Shown here piece after piece: positions 25,630 through 34,757 of a stretch of DNA of 64,000 bases (the first letter of the stretch is position 1; every line of letters starts with the position of its first letter). A program made the translations under genes and the position numbers. The stretch lies in the sequence record MK268344.1; one strand, given 5' to 3'. A model generated the notes under the pieces. The model was given only the letters and a program-made list of their open reading frames with translations, had not been told where the DNA came from and ran no database searches.

Positions 25630-26129
25630 CAACAATCTACGTTAACCACAAATTGGGTGTCGTGATGACCGACACCCGTACTACAACTACATTACAAGAA
25701 ACATTTCTCGGTATCCCAATAGCAACGTATGATACATTCAATGATGATGGTGTAAAAGCTATTAATGTACATGATCGTATCTTTGTTGAAAGTGGTTCAT
25801 GTGAAGAGAGTACAAAAATTCTTCAGTACTTAGCACATGGAACGCCTATTAAACCTGCACCAAAAAAGTATAAACTTCTAAGTAATTGTTTCCTCGTGGA
25901 TAAGAATTGGCTACTCCAAATTTATATCCAGAAAGGTAAGGTACACAAGCGTTTCCACATTGTAAAAGAAGACTCTTGGTATTGCACTGGTAGCGGTAGC
26001 AATGCGTTGTATGAAGCATTAAAGGTTTATGACTTTAAGCCAACGTTAGAAGAAGCAATAGCGGCCTTTAAGACCGTTCATTTCAGTGATCGTTTTACAA
26101 GCAATCAGGTACGGATTTACAAAATCTGA
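25626..26129 (+). CDS. HslV/proteasome beta-like Ntn-hydrolase
   Basis: N-terminal M-TTI...GVVMTDTR and later TGSGS, the Thr-nucleophile Ntn signature. Confidence 0.65.
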   Translation: MTTIYVNHKLGVVMTDTRTTTTLQETFLGIPIATYDTFNDDGVKAINVHDRIFVESGSCEESTKILQYLAHGTPIKPAPKKYKLLSNCFLVDKNWLLQIYIQKGKVHKRFHIVKEDSWYCTGSGSNALYEALKVYDFKPTLEEAIAAFKTVHFSDRFTSNQVRIYKI

Positions 26130-26187
26130 TTGACACAAATTTTAAATATTAGTATTATAGATGCCAGCAACAAAGCTGGCATTTTTT
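26130..26187 (+). promoter_or_regulatory. sigma70-type promoter with terminator-like hairpin at the start site
   Basis: TTGACA-17-TATTAT, then ATGCCAGC-AACAAA-GCTGGCAT-TTTTT. Confidence 0.6.
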
Positions 26188-26206
26188 ATCAAATTAGGAG
26201 TTATGC

Positions 26207-27175
26207 GTGAAAAAACTAAATCTAGAATCTATCCACGATGAAGTACTAGACGAATGTTTCCACAATGAGAACAATACTGTAAAAAGTTTGCTTCAAAGTT
26301 CGGCTGATGATATTGATGATGAAAGCACCGCAGTTGTAAGCAGTGAAGCATATAATACAAAAGAACGTTTACCAGCAGGTTTGACCAACGAAATTCTTAT
26401 TGACCGCATTAACAGCGGTATTGATGTGGCTAAAAACATGGACATGCTAGTACGTTGCAATAGTGGTTTAGTTTATGCAATTGCTCGTAAATGTACTTGT
26501 AACATTCAGTTCCAAGATAAAGTACAATATGGTTTCGAAGGATTGATTCATGCAATCCGCAAATTCGATACCTCAAAAAACACCAGTTTTAGTACTTATG
26601 CTACTACTGCCATCCGTCAGACTATGTATAACTACGGCAACGAAGAGTCTCGCATGGTAGCACTACCTAAGTATCAATCAGTAAACAATGTAACGATTCA
26701 GAACTTCATTGAGCGTTTCATTGCAAGTAATGGGCGTAACCCAACACATGAACAAATTTCAGAAGGTACAGGCATTGATCTAACTTCTGTATCGCGTGTG
26801 ATGAAGTACACAAGCAATGCAATTAGTCTTGATACGCCAGTGAACGAAGACGGGTCTGTAATGCTTCAGGACGTGATTAAAGGCGAAAGTGAAGACTTCC
26901 ATTTAGATCCGGGTCTAATCACGGATGAGAGCATTATGAACGAACTTTTGGAAGTAATTTTTCATGACCTATCACCAGATGATCGTGCATTAGTTGAAGC
27001 AGTACACGGATTGAATCACGAAGATGAAAAATCTTTTTGGACTCTAGCATCGGAAGGTTTTGTTTACACTGATAGTAAAGGGCGTCAATATTCTTCACGT
27101 ACCTCTTTACATCGCTGCTACAATGATGTAGTATCACGTATTCGTCGTCATATGAATGAGCGTGGTATCAAATGA
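26207..27175 (+). CDS. phage sigma70-family RNA polymerase sigma factor (regions 2-4)
   Basis: NSGLVYAIA...GFEGLIHAIRKFD...FSTYATTAIRQ (region 2); GRNPTHEQIS and ISLDTPV...LQDVI (region 3); divergent region 4; GTG start, AGGAG RBS. Confidence 0.85.
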   Translation: MKKLNLESIHDEVLDECFHNENNTVKSLLQSSADDIDDESTAVVSSEAYNTKERLPAGLTNEILIDRINSGIDVAKNMDMLVRCNSGLVYAIARKCTCNIQFQDKVQYGFEGLIHAIRKFDTSKNTSFSTYATTAIRQTMYNYGNEESRMVALPKYQSVNNVTIQNFIERFIASNGRNPTHEQISEGTGIDLTSVSRVMKYTSNAISLDTPVNEDGSVMLQDVIKGESEDFHLDPGLITDESIMNELLEVIFHDLSPDDRALVEAVHGLNHEDEKSFWTLASEGFVYTDSKGRQYSSRTSLHRCYNDVVSRIRRHMNERGIK

Positions 27176-27501
27176 AAATAGATGCGTTGGGTGTTGGTAT
27201 TGTGTTAGCAGTGGTAGGTATACTTTCCATGCCATTCTGGAAGCCACCACTTGATAAGATTGTGTTGAATGCACTTGATAATCCATATAAGTGCAATATG
27301 ATTGTTGCGAAAACCGATGGTGAAGTAGTTAGCTATCATGAAATCATAAAACGTTCGACATTGGTTGAATATAAATCCAAAAAGAGTGTATTAGATGGTG
27401 TGAATCTATATCCTTATTTGGAATTTAATGACACGTTTAGTACTAATGCAGTACCGAATGCGTCTATTCAATCAGCGTTGGTATTGTGTTCAAAGGTTTA
27501 A
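27172..27501 (+). CDS. hypothetical protein with N-terminal TM
   Basis: ATGA coupling. Confidence 0.7.
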   Translation: MKIDALGVGIVLAVVGILSMPFWKPPLDKIVLNALDNPYKCNMIVAKTDGEVVSYHEIIKRSTLVEYKSKKSVLDGVNLYPYLEFNDTFSTNAVPNASIQSALVLCSKV

Positions 27502-27505
27502 AAAT

Positions 27506-27540
27506 AAAGGGTTGACTTCGGTCAGCCCTTTTGTTATTAT
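27506..27540 (+). promoter_or_regulatory. fused terminator/promoter element
   Basis: AAAGGGTTGAC-TTCG-GTCAGCCCTTTT; TTGACT-17-TATTAT. Confidence 0.8.
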
Positions 27541-27571
27541 ATGTCTACACCAACTGATGAGGATTAATTAA

Positions 27572-27898
27572 ATGAAACATTCAACTTTTGACAAACAAGA
27601 AATTATGTCTCTTTTGTTCAACAATGAACAAGTCTATATCGAGCTACCATTTAATGACCATAGTGGTATGATGATCTCACGTACCATCTCCCACTTCCAC
27701 GGATATAAGAAGCAACCAAATATTGAAGTTCGTTTTTATGAAAAAGACGGAAATTATATGTCATATGCAACAGAATACTTCAATGTATATAATATTGAAA
27801 ACGCCACTGATGCAGTTCTTTCTCGCTATCACAGTGAAGATCCATTAGTGTATTCAAAATATAGTACTGATTTCGAATCAACCTTCGTGAAAGAATAA
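27572..27898 (+). CDS. hypothetical protein
   Basis: GAGGA RBS. Confidence 0.75.
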   Translation: MKHSTFDKQEIMSLLFNNEQVYIELPFNDHSGMMISRTISHFHGYKKQPNIEVRFYEKDGNYMSYATEYFNVYNIENATDAVLSRYHSEDPLVYSKYSTDFESTFVKE

Positions 27899-27918
27899 GA
27901 CAACAAGGAATCATAATA

Positions 27919-28194
27919 ATGCAAGTAATAAAAATTGAATATGAAGTAACTGACCATAAACTTGGTGGCAATTATCATTTCACTGAAATTGCAGCGAATG
28001 TTGATGCGGCTGTCGCATACTTAGAAAAGAACTTTACTGGACTGGTAGATGTTACTACTGATACTGTAGATTATAGTGATAATCCACCAGTAAGAGTATA
28101 CCATCATACAAAAGAACGTGTAGATGAAGACGGTGATTGGGATTACCCACGCGAAACAAAAATCGAATTATACTTTGAAGAGGTTATCGAATAA
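27919..28194 (+). CDS. hypothetical acidic protein
   Basis: AAGGA RBS. Confidence 0.75.
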   Translation: MQVIKIEYEVTDHKLGGNYHFTEIAANVDAAVAYLEKNFTGLVDVTTDTVDYSDNPPVRVYHHTKERVDEDGDWDYPRETKIELYFEEVIE

Positions 28195-28481
28195 TGAAAG
28201 GTATCAAAGAAGATGACCAATTACGTTCAGTACTAGAAAAAGATTATAATGATATTGTAAACTTTAAGTACTGTGGTGATGAGTACAAAAAGAATACAAA
28301 AATACGCGATTTCTTGAATAATATCTTTACAGCTAATATCAAAGCGGTGTATACTGTCAATTCCAAGATTAACATTGATAATGGATGGGATTGGAGCGGG
28401 GAAATCGTTATCATAGTTAATGGTAAAGGTAAAGTAATTATCATGTCTAATTCTGAATGGTCTACTATCAGCTTACTTTAA
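28194..28481 (+). CDS. hypothetical protein
   Basis: TAATG coupling. Confidence 0.7.
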   Translation: MKGIKEDDQLRSVLEKDYNDIVNFKYCGDEYKKNTKIRDFLNNIFTANIKAVYTVNSKINIDNGWDWSGEIVIIVNGKGKVIIMSNSEWSTISLL

Positions 28482-28490
28482 GGAATTAAA

Positions 28491-28802
28491 ATGAAAGGTA
28501 CTACAATCATAATCAGCATTTTATTTGTATTATTCGGAATTGGTGTTAAAACTGTTGTACAGAAAGCAATGGTTCAAGATTTAAAATGTGAAGTGCGTGT
28601 AATCTACGATGATTATCGTATTAATGTAAACACCGGAACATTCCAGTCAGATGAACTTGATAAAATTGTTGAATATGGTGGTGCTATGCTCGGTGAACAC
28701 ATCAATGATTTGAAGAAAGTCAATAAAGGTTTGTATGCTGGATCAGGTAAGAAACACGATGATGTATTGGCATCGGTTGTAACATGTAAAAAAGTAGAAT
28801 AA
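28491..28802 (+). CDS. hypothetical protein with N-terminal TM
   Basis: AAGGA RBS. Confidence 0.7.
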   Translation: MKGTTIIISILFVLFGIGVKTVVQKAMVQDLKCEVRVIYDDYRINVNTGTFQSDELDKIVEYGGAMLGEHINDLKKVNKGLYAGSGKKHDDVLASVVTCKKVE

Positions 28803-28810
28803 ATTAAAGC

Positions 28811-28845
28811 AAAGGGTTGACTTCGGTCAGCCCTTTTGTTATTAT
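28811..28845 (+). promoter_or_regulatory. fused terminator/promoter element
   Basis: AAAGGGTTGAC-TTCG-GTCAGCCCTTTT; TTGACT-17-TATTAT. Confidence 0.8.
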
Positions 28846-28877
28846 ATCTACATCGAAACGAATATTAAGAGGAAATC

Positions 28878-29303
28878 ATGTCAGCCCTTAAAACTAAAGA
28901 TGGGATTGCCCCCGGTAAAATTATGTACCACGTATACGGTACAGTACTTGCAAAAAGAAGACATAAACTTACTGAAAATAATATCGACGATCACATTGAA
29001 CGTTGTATTATTACGTCTTTCCCGAAATATTATCATTACAGCTTAAGTACTCGTACTGATAGTTTGTTCGTTGATTGTATTATGTTTGGGACTATGGGAG
29101 AGTTTCGTAGCGGATTTAGTCTTAAAGATTGTGGCATTGGCAATAAAAAGAATTACAACCTAAATCGTCTGTTCACCTCAATTGGTGATGCACGTGAATT
29201 CATTGGTGAAATCATGGCGGGAAAGTTCTTTGACGTTGAAGAACAAATGTTGTATAATGAAGAAAAATACTATTATGACATTTGTAATAGCATTACACTT
29301 TAA
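28878..29303 (+). CDS. hypothetical protein
   Basis: GAGGA RBS. Confidence 0.75.
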   Translation: MSALKTKDGIAPGKIMYHVYGTVLAKRRHKLTENNIDDHIERCIITSFPKYYHYSLSTRTDSLFVDCIMFGTMGEFRSGFSLKDCGIGNKKNYNLNRLFTSIGDAREFIGEIMAGKFFDVEEQMLYNEEKYYYDICNSITL

Positions 29304-29312
29304 GGAGAAATT

Positions 29313-29606
29313 ATGAAATATGATGTTATCATTCGTACTGAACAGACTATCCCATCTTTGAAGTACATCCATAAAGATGACAAATTTGATGAAGAACGTA
29401 GTCAAGAATTAGAACGCAATATTCTACGTATTTTCAATAAGGCATATCGCCCACATGGTATCGAATTAGTACCACATGAGGTTGAGTACTTACACTTTAC
29501 TATTCGTACTCTAAACTATGATGGTGAATGTAAGACGGATGAACTACGTATAGCGTATCATTTCTTCACTGGTATCTGTGAAGCCTTAGAACTTAAAGTT
29601 GCATAA
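29313..29606 (+). CDS. hypothetical protein
   Basis: AAGGAG RBS. Confidence 0.75.
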   Translation: MKYDVIIRTEQTIPSLKYIHKDDKFDEERSQELERNILRIFNKAYRPHGIELVPHEVEYLHFTIRTLNYDGECKTDELRIAYHFFTGICEALELKVA

Positions 29607-29628
29607 ACAAGATAAATGAGGATTTAAT

Positions 29629-30243
29629 ATGCCTATTCCATTATTCCATGAAACAAATACATTCACCGTATATAAAAAGAATGAAGAACTAAAGAGAATC
29701 AACTTCACTGGTCACAAAGTTAGTTTGTATTATAAATTATATTCAGTACTAAAAAAGAAGCATGACTACCACTTACAAACGTCAACAGTGCGTGATATTA
29801 CCGGACGTGTATTAATGAATGGTAGTTTCATAGATATCTTAATGCGGTTGATTGAAGAACTTAAGAAAAAATATAAGTACTCAATCATTAGTTACAACAG
29901 GGAAGGTATTGAAGTCTATCATTGGTATGATGACGAAGAAGGTGTTGCCTCACAACTGATGAATTTAAAAGAGAAGTATACTAAAAGTGGAGATCCACGT
30001 TTATTCCGCAAAGTACAAGTACTTGACAACGAATCTCAACGTAGTATGTATGAAAGTCTTGATGATCTAATTGATATGTTCAGAACTACTAAAGATGCTA
30101 AAGAACCAGAATTTGGTGTATACCTTAGCTTTGAAGAAGTACTAGAAGATATGCGTCCATTTATTGTTAATGGTTCAGACAAAGAAAAGATTGAAGCTAA
30201 AGCAATCTTGGCTTATGTTGCTGCTAAACTAGCGGAGAAATAG
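29629..30243 (+). CDS. hypothetical protein
   Basis: GAGGA RBS. Confidence 0.75.
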   Translation: MPIPLFHETNTFTVYKKNEELKRINFTGHKVSLYYKLYSVLKKKHDYHLQTSTVRDITGRVLMNGSFIDILMRLIEELKKKYKYSIISYNREGIEVYHWYDDEEGVASQLMNLKEKYTKSGDPRLFRKVQVLDNESQRSMYESLDDLIDMFRTTKDAKEPEFGVYLSFEEVLEDMRPFIVNGSDKEKIEAKAILAYVAAKLAEK

Positions 30244-30274
30244 TTGGGACAAACCTGAATTAATGTCCTATAAT
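30244..30274 (+). promoter_or_regulatory. phage promoter class TGGGAC-N18-TATAAT
   Basis: TTGGGACAAA...TGTCCTATAAT. Confidence 0.7.
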
Positions 30275-30280
30275 AAGATA

Positions 30281-30800
30281 TAAACCGATTACGGGGAGTC
30301 CAATTGACTCCCTGATGTTGTTATTCCTGATCCACTTGAAAATGTAAAGGGCAGATGAGTTGATAATCGCAACGAAGTGCAGATGAAACCCGCTCGGCGG
30401 CAATGCGGCACTATAAACGAGAACGTAAGGCACGTAACCTCGCTAGATAGACATATGAGAGTACTCACCAGATTGCTAAGGGAGTTTATTAAAGGGTTAG
30501 TCACGCCCGTAATAAACACATTCTAACGTGGACTGTATCGCGTTAGGATGAGTGTAGTAGGACTACGACCGTTGCATAGAACAGAGATAGGGAGAAACAG
30601 GGCAACCCGCTTCCGTGTCATTGACAATTCTCTATACAGTAAAGCCGATGCCACCAGCGTCAAGTTTTAATTCTTCCTCCCCAGCGGGGGGATGAAATTG
30701 CCTCAACAAACCTCGTCAATATAAAAGGTTGACATAATCGAATGAATGAATTACACTGAACGTAGTGAAGAGTAATTCCGTTGCTATCGAAGATAGTAAC
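30281..30800 (+). ncRNA. candidate large structured ncRNA (~500 nt)
   Basis: No + strand ORF, visibly GC-richer than flanks, own promoter, multiple hairpins (GGGGAGTC/GACTCCCT, TCTAACG/CGTTAGG, TCCTCCCC/GGGGGGA, GAATTAC/GTAATTC, GTTGCTATC/GATAGTAAC). Confidence 0.55.
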
Positions 30801-30818
30801 GTTTGATAGGAGTTCAAA

Positions 30819-31685
30819 ATGATCCACCTAAAATTATCAATTCCAGATATGGATTATGCCAATCTCAATCCTGATTTCTATCCATACATTGACTGGAATA
30901 AATTGCGAGATACAGAAATCTCATTAATGCCAAAAGATGTAATTCTGTATGCACCAATTCGTAAAATCATTTCCCATTTAAGTACACAAGAAAAATCCGG
31001 TGTAAGTGATACACAAGTACTGGAAGTAATCGCACGTTGCTTTAATGAATTGAATGAAAAAAAACATTTATTTTCACGCGATGTAGATTTGTTCAACTTC
31101 ATTAATGAATTTTGTAGTTTTGAATTTCGTAAGAAATATCATAGACAATTACTTGCTAAACGCCATCCAGAACATACATATCAGTTTGTCTGTACATTGG
31201 TTGCAGATTATATTGTTGGTTTGGAATTTTTAGATAAACTACCTTACCACAAAATGACAATTGATGTATTCAACAAACTAAAACTGGAGGATATGAGAAA
31301 ATTAATCTTCAATACTAATTACATTCAAAATACATTAACATATCAAGTACAGATGGATGAAGCTGCATTTGCATTACCATCGTCTGATTTAGAAAAATTA
31401 AAAATGCCAGTTCCCAAAAATGTTATGTTTACAAAAACACTACAGAAATTATGTACAAGTGAACAGTTTTCTGTAGTTGTAAAACAACAAGAAGAAATTA
31501 ATTGGGATGAAATGGTTGACTTATACCATAAAGGTGAAATAGTATACAGTGACTTATTTCTAGTTTGGAAAAATTTTATTGAAGAAAGTAATGAGGATTA
31601 TATTCGCGATTCTGAAGAATTTGTAAGCGAATCTATCAACAACAACTTCGATAGAAGTTACTTTAATATTAAGGATTACTTATGA
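30819..31685 (+). CDS. hypothetical protein
   Basis: AGGAG RBS. Confidence 0.75.
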   Translation: MIHLKLSIPDMDYANLNPDFYPYIDWNKLRDTEISLMPKDVILYAPIRKIISHLSTQEKSGVSDTQVLEVIARCFNELNEKKHLFSRDVDLFNFINEFCSFEFRKKYHRQLLAKRHPEHTYQFVCTLVADYIVGLEFLDKLPYHKMTIDVFNKLKLEDMRKLIFNTNYIQNTLTYQVQMDEAAFALPSSDLEKLKMPVPKNVMFTKTLQKLCTSEQFSVVVKQQEEINWDEMVDLYHKGEIVYSDLFLVWKNFIEESNEDYIRDSEEFVSESINNNFDRSYFNIKDYL

Positions 31686-31978
31686 TTCTAAACATTTTTG
31701 TACTAATGATTGTTTTCATCCCTTTTTGGACTTCACTAGTCTATAAACACTCAACTTGGATTACTAAAGTAATGGTGTTCATTTGGTGTTCGTTGGTTGC
31801 ATTTGTACTGTTCATGGTACGGGATGCTTCTATATCACTTGAACAGTACGGATATCCAATTGATTGGTTCCCAATAACGTTAATTTGTTCTTGGTTTATA
31901 TTGGGACAATTTATTGGTTTAAAGGCAGTATTATCTGAACCACCCCGGTACAATTCTCTAAATAGTACTAATGATTAA
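31682..31978 (+). CDS. hypothetical membrane protein (3 TM)
   Basis: AAGGA RBS, hydrophobic segments. Confidence 0.7.
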   Translation: MILNIFVLMIVFIPFWTSLVYKHSTWITKVMVFIWCSLVAFVLFMVRDASISLEQYGYPIDWFPITLICSWFILGQFIGLKAVLSEPPRYNSLNSTND

Positions 31979-31998
31979 ATCTTTTTAGGAGAATTTAT

Positions 31999-32379
31999 AT
32001 GGCACACGACAAATGGGATCGCAAAGATCCGTCACATGATGTAGATGCATCGAAACTAGACAACGAACACAAAACCAAATACTTTGATGAATTAGGGCTA
32101 TTGAAGCCAGATCAATCTCTTTCGCATGATCGTCCTTCACGTGAGAAGTCTTTCAGTCTAGAATCATTAGGCCATGAGCTACGTGAAGTTTTCAGTAATC
32201 ACCCAATCTATGTGCGTGACATTATTGAAAAACTCAAGGTAACACCAAAAGAACATTTTAAAGCTACAGTACACGCCGCTTTCAAAGCACTACACGAAGC
32301 ACGTGGCAGTGAGCGTAAGATCCATGCTGCAATCATTGACGCGATTGAGTCAGTGAAGCACAAATTTAGTAAGAAATAA
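31999..32379 (+). CDS. hypothetical His/Lys-rich protein
   Basis: AGGAG RBS; TAAATA about 40 nt upstream. Confidence 0.75.
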   Translation: MAHDKWDRKDPSHDVDASKLDNEHKTKYFDELGLLKPDQSLSHDRPSREKSFSLESLGHELREVFSNHPIYVRDIIEKLKVTPKEHFKATVHAAFKALHEARGSERKIHAAIIDAIESVKHKFSKK

Positions 32380-32382
32380 CAC

Positions 32383-32419
32383 AAAAGGGTTGACGAGAGT
32401 CAGCCCTTTTTCGTATAAT
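32383..32419 (+). promoter_or_regulatory. fused terminator/promoter element
   Basis: AAAAGGGTTGAC-GAGA-GTCAGCCCTTTTT; TTGACG-18-TATAAT. Confidence 0.8.
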
Positions 32420-32454
32420 AAGAGTATTGAAACAAAACTATTAAGGAAATCATA

Positions 32455-33414
32455 ATGCCACATTTCACTTTTGCAGAACCAAAACAAACCAGTACTAAAA
32501 AGACAAAGGTTAAAACCGATAATGCTGCTGGTTTAATCTACACTGCAATGAAGAAATCAAAGGTTCGTAATCCTAAATTTAAACCAGCATTTGTTGCTAG
32601 TTTACCACGTCAGCACAACTACTCTAAAACAGTACAAGTACTGTTGAATATGTATAAATCATCGGGTTCATTGAAATGCTCCTGCTGTAATTCATCTGAA
32701 GCATACTTTGTAATACATGTCGAATGTGGTCGTGCAACATTTCGTGCTATGGTAGATACTAATAGTGGTCGTCAAGTCCTGACCGTTGACCATGATGTAC
32801 TGAAATCGTTAGGCGGTAAAGATGAAGAACAAAACTACAATCCGTTGTGCTATAAATGTAATCAGATTCGTGGTTCTCGTTTCGCTGGATTTAAAGAATT
32901 CAAAGAATGGTATGATTCACAAGAAGTAATTGATACCATCAGTGGTTTACCATCAGCAAACTTCTGCCATATAGATTTTAAAAGTAATCTTAACAATAAT
33001 ATCCATTGTGAAACCATTAATGGTGCAACTGCGTTGCCACCAAATATAATGAATGAACTTAAGAAAGAAATGCGTCGTGACCAATATGACATTTTCTCTA
33101 AACTATCTATAAAGATTTGGTTGAAGATGGATCGTGATAGTGCTAATGCTATCTTAAATGAATTAGTACTCGAACGTATACAAAAACGTCATAACAAGAA
33201 ACATATTAAATTACAAAATCATAACTTTTTTAACTACCAGAAGAATATTACAGATCATCGTAAAATAAAGATGCATATCGAAGAACAATTACGTGCACAG
33301 GTTCGCAAGTTACGTAATACACCAGTACATGTCAGTACTGAAGAAGTTAAGAAAGTCAATACTGCATTTAGTTTTAAAAATATTTGGTCAGCCTTGAAAA
33401 ATATCTTTGCCTAA
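32455..33414 (+). CDS. HNH-domain protein
   Basis: CSCC...LTVDHDVLKSLGGKD...NYNPLCYKCNQIRG. Confidence 0.75.
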   Translation: MPHFTFAEPKQTSTKKTKVKTDNAAGLIYTAMKKSKVRNPKFKPAFVASLPRQHNYSKTVQVLLNMYKSSGSLKCSCCNSSEAYFVIHVECGRATFRAMVDTNSGRQVLTVDHDVLKSLGGKDEEQNYNPLCYKCNQIRGSRFAGFKEFKEWYDSQEVIDTISGLPSANFCHIDFKSNLNNNIHCETINGATALPPNIMNELKKEMRRDQYDIFSKLSIKIWLKMDRDSANAILNELVLERIQKRHNKKHIKLQNHNFFNYQKNITDHRKIKMHIEEQLRAQVRKLRNTPVHVSTEEVKKVNTAFSFKNIWSALKNIFA

Positions 33415-33417
33415 GTA

Positions 33418-33452
33418 TTGACACGATTAGGGAGTATGCTATAATACTCCCA
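33418..33452 (+). promoter_or_regulatory. promoter with GGGAGTAT/ATACTCCC palindrome over -10
   Basis: TTGACA-16-TATAAT with TG extension; GGGAGTAT-GCTATA-ATACTCCC. Confidence 0.75.
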
Positions 33453-33474
33453 TAGCAAATAAAGAGGACATATC

Positions 33475-33801
33475 ATGAATTATCAACTAGTACTTGCTGC
33501 ATTAAATGAACTTAAATCTGGTCATATTGAAGACACCAGTAAAGGTATTTGTTTCAATTTAGCATGGAAACTTGATATGGATCGTAACAATCCATTGAAC
33601 ATGAGTACTCATTTCATTGAGGAAGCATTTACTTCAATCTTTGGTTCAGTACTGACTTCTCCAGTTGAAGGTGATATTATTTCCTATTTGAATAATAAAA
33701 ATAAATGGGATAAAGAATCTGAAATGGGCTTGCGTCGTTTTGATTTACTTGATAAAATGATTGCATACGCTGAAGAACAACTTAACAAAGAGGAAGCATA
33801 A
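33475..33801 (+). CDS. hypothetical protein
   Basis: GAGGA RBS. Confidence 0.75.
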   Translation: MNYQLVLAALNELKSGHIEDTSKGICFNLAWKLDMDRNNPLNMSTHFIEEAFTSIFGSVLTSPVEGDIISYLNNKNKWDKESEMGLRRFDLLDKMIAYAEEQLNKEEA

Positions 33802-33802
33802 G

Positions 33803-33967
33803 ATGAAATACTTAATCGCATTCGCACTGATTATTGGTTTGGCTGGTGGTTTCTGGATTGGTAAAGCAACTTATCAGGTCAAACTCACTGCTGGTTCTTG
33901 TCTCGATGCTACTACACAAAGCATTGGAGAAAGTATCGACAACTTCATTAGCAACATTAAGGGGTAA
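33803..33967 (+). CDS. small protein with N-terminal TM
   Basis: GAGGA RBS; MKYLIAFALIIGLAGGFWIG. Confidence 0.65.
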   Translation: MKYLIAFALIIGLAGGFWIGKATYQVKLTAGSCLDATTQSIGESIDNFISNIKG

Positions 33968-33970
33968 CAT

Positions 33971-34258
33971 ATGATTCAGTACTTCCAAACTCGTCGTATT
34001 TCTGACATGACTGAAGGCCTTGGTCACATGGTTAATGACCGTGCTTTTACGGAATGGCAATATGCAGCAGATTATATTAACTCCCAACCGGGTGTAATGG
34101 GTCGTCGTGTGAAATGGACTGAAGAAAAATATGCTGGTGATTGGGATATTCAAACAATTAATGTATATGATACCCCATTTGATCCAGAAGCGGAAGCACG
34201 TGCAAACGCACTTGCTAAACTAACACCACAAGAACGCAAACTATTGGGGCTTGAATAA
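33971..34258 (+). CDS. hypothetical protein
   Basis: C-terminal ALAKLTPQERKLLGL motif typical of small phage proteins. Confidence 0.75.
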   Translation: MIQYFQTRRISDMTEGLGHMVNDRAFTEWQYAADYINSQPGVMGRRVKWTEEKYAGDWDIQTINVYDTPFDPEAEARANALAKLTPQERKLLGLE

Positions 34259-34470
34259 TGAGTGTAGAACTTACTACCTTCAATGAAGGTAATAAAACTT
34301 ACTTAGCTGTCGGTTTCATTGAAGATCGTGGTTTTGATGATTCTAATGTATGTCAGTACCGTTGTGTTGATGCTCAAGGTTATGAGTTTTACACTGATGA
34401 TCACGGTGAAGCAATGGCATTTATCAGTAATGGTCTAACACAGCCTAAGAACACATGGACGCTTCCATGA
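34258..34470 (+). CDS. hypothetical protein
   Basis: TAATG coupling. Confidence 0.7.
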   Translation: MSVELTTFNEGNKTYLAVGFIEDRGFDDSNVCQYRCVDAQGYEFYTDDHGEAMAFISNGLTQPKNTWTLP

Positions 34471-34727
34471 AGTACATAATGATTGTACTGGCTATGTTTT
34501 TCCTAAGTGCATGTGATGATGAACCAGTTATAGATGCCAAGTATTTGGCTATGCATGAGTGTGTCTACACTGGTAAATCATTTCAAGCTGATGAAAAGAC
34601 GTGGATTTCTAACGGTCGTGGGGGTTCATGGAAAGATGTAACTAATCGTTACTATGTCTATGATTGTCCACCGGGAAAGCAAAAAACTTTATCAACTGTT
34701 AGGCTTGTTATTGATACTGAGCATTGA
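34467..34727 (+). CDS. putative lipoprotein
   Basis: MKYIMIVLAMFFLSA-C lipobox. Confidence 0.7.
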   Translation: MKYIMIVLAMFFLSACDDEPVIDAKYLAMHECVYTGKSFQADEKTWISNGRGGSWKDVTNRYYVYDCPPGKQKTLSTVRLVIDTEH

Positions 34728-34757
34728 CAACATTAGGGAGTATGCTATAATACTCCC
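34724..34757 (+). promoter_or_regulatory. promoter with GGGAGTAT/ATACTCCC palindrome over -10
   Basis: TTGACA-16-TATAAT; identical palindrome to 33430. Confidence 0.75.

Noticed and set aside
30281-30800. Possible tmRNA or RNase P RNA
   Set aside because: No tRNA-Ala-like 5'/3' ends with T-arm and CCA, and no P4 signature; kept only as an unclassified ncRNA candidate. The antisense ORF 30289-30519 has no RBS and is treated as spurious.
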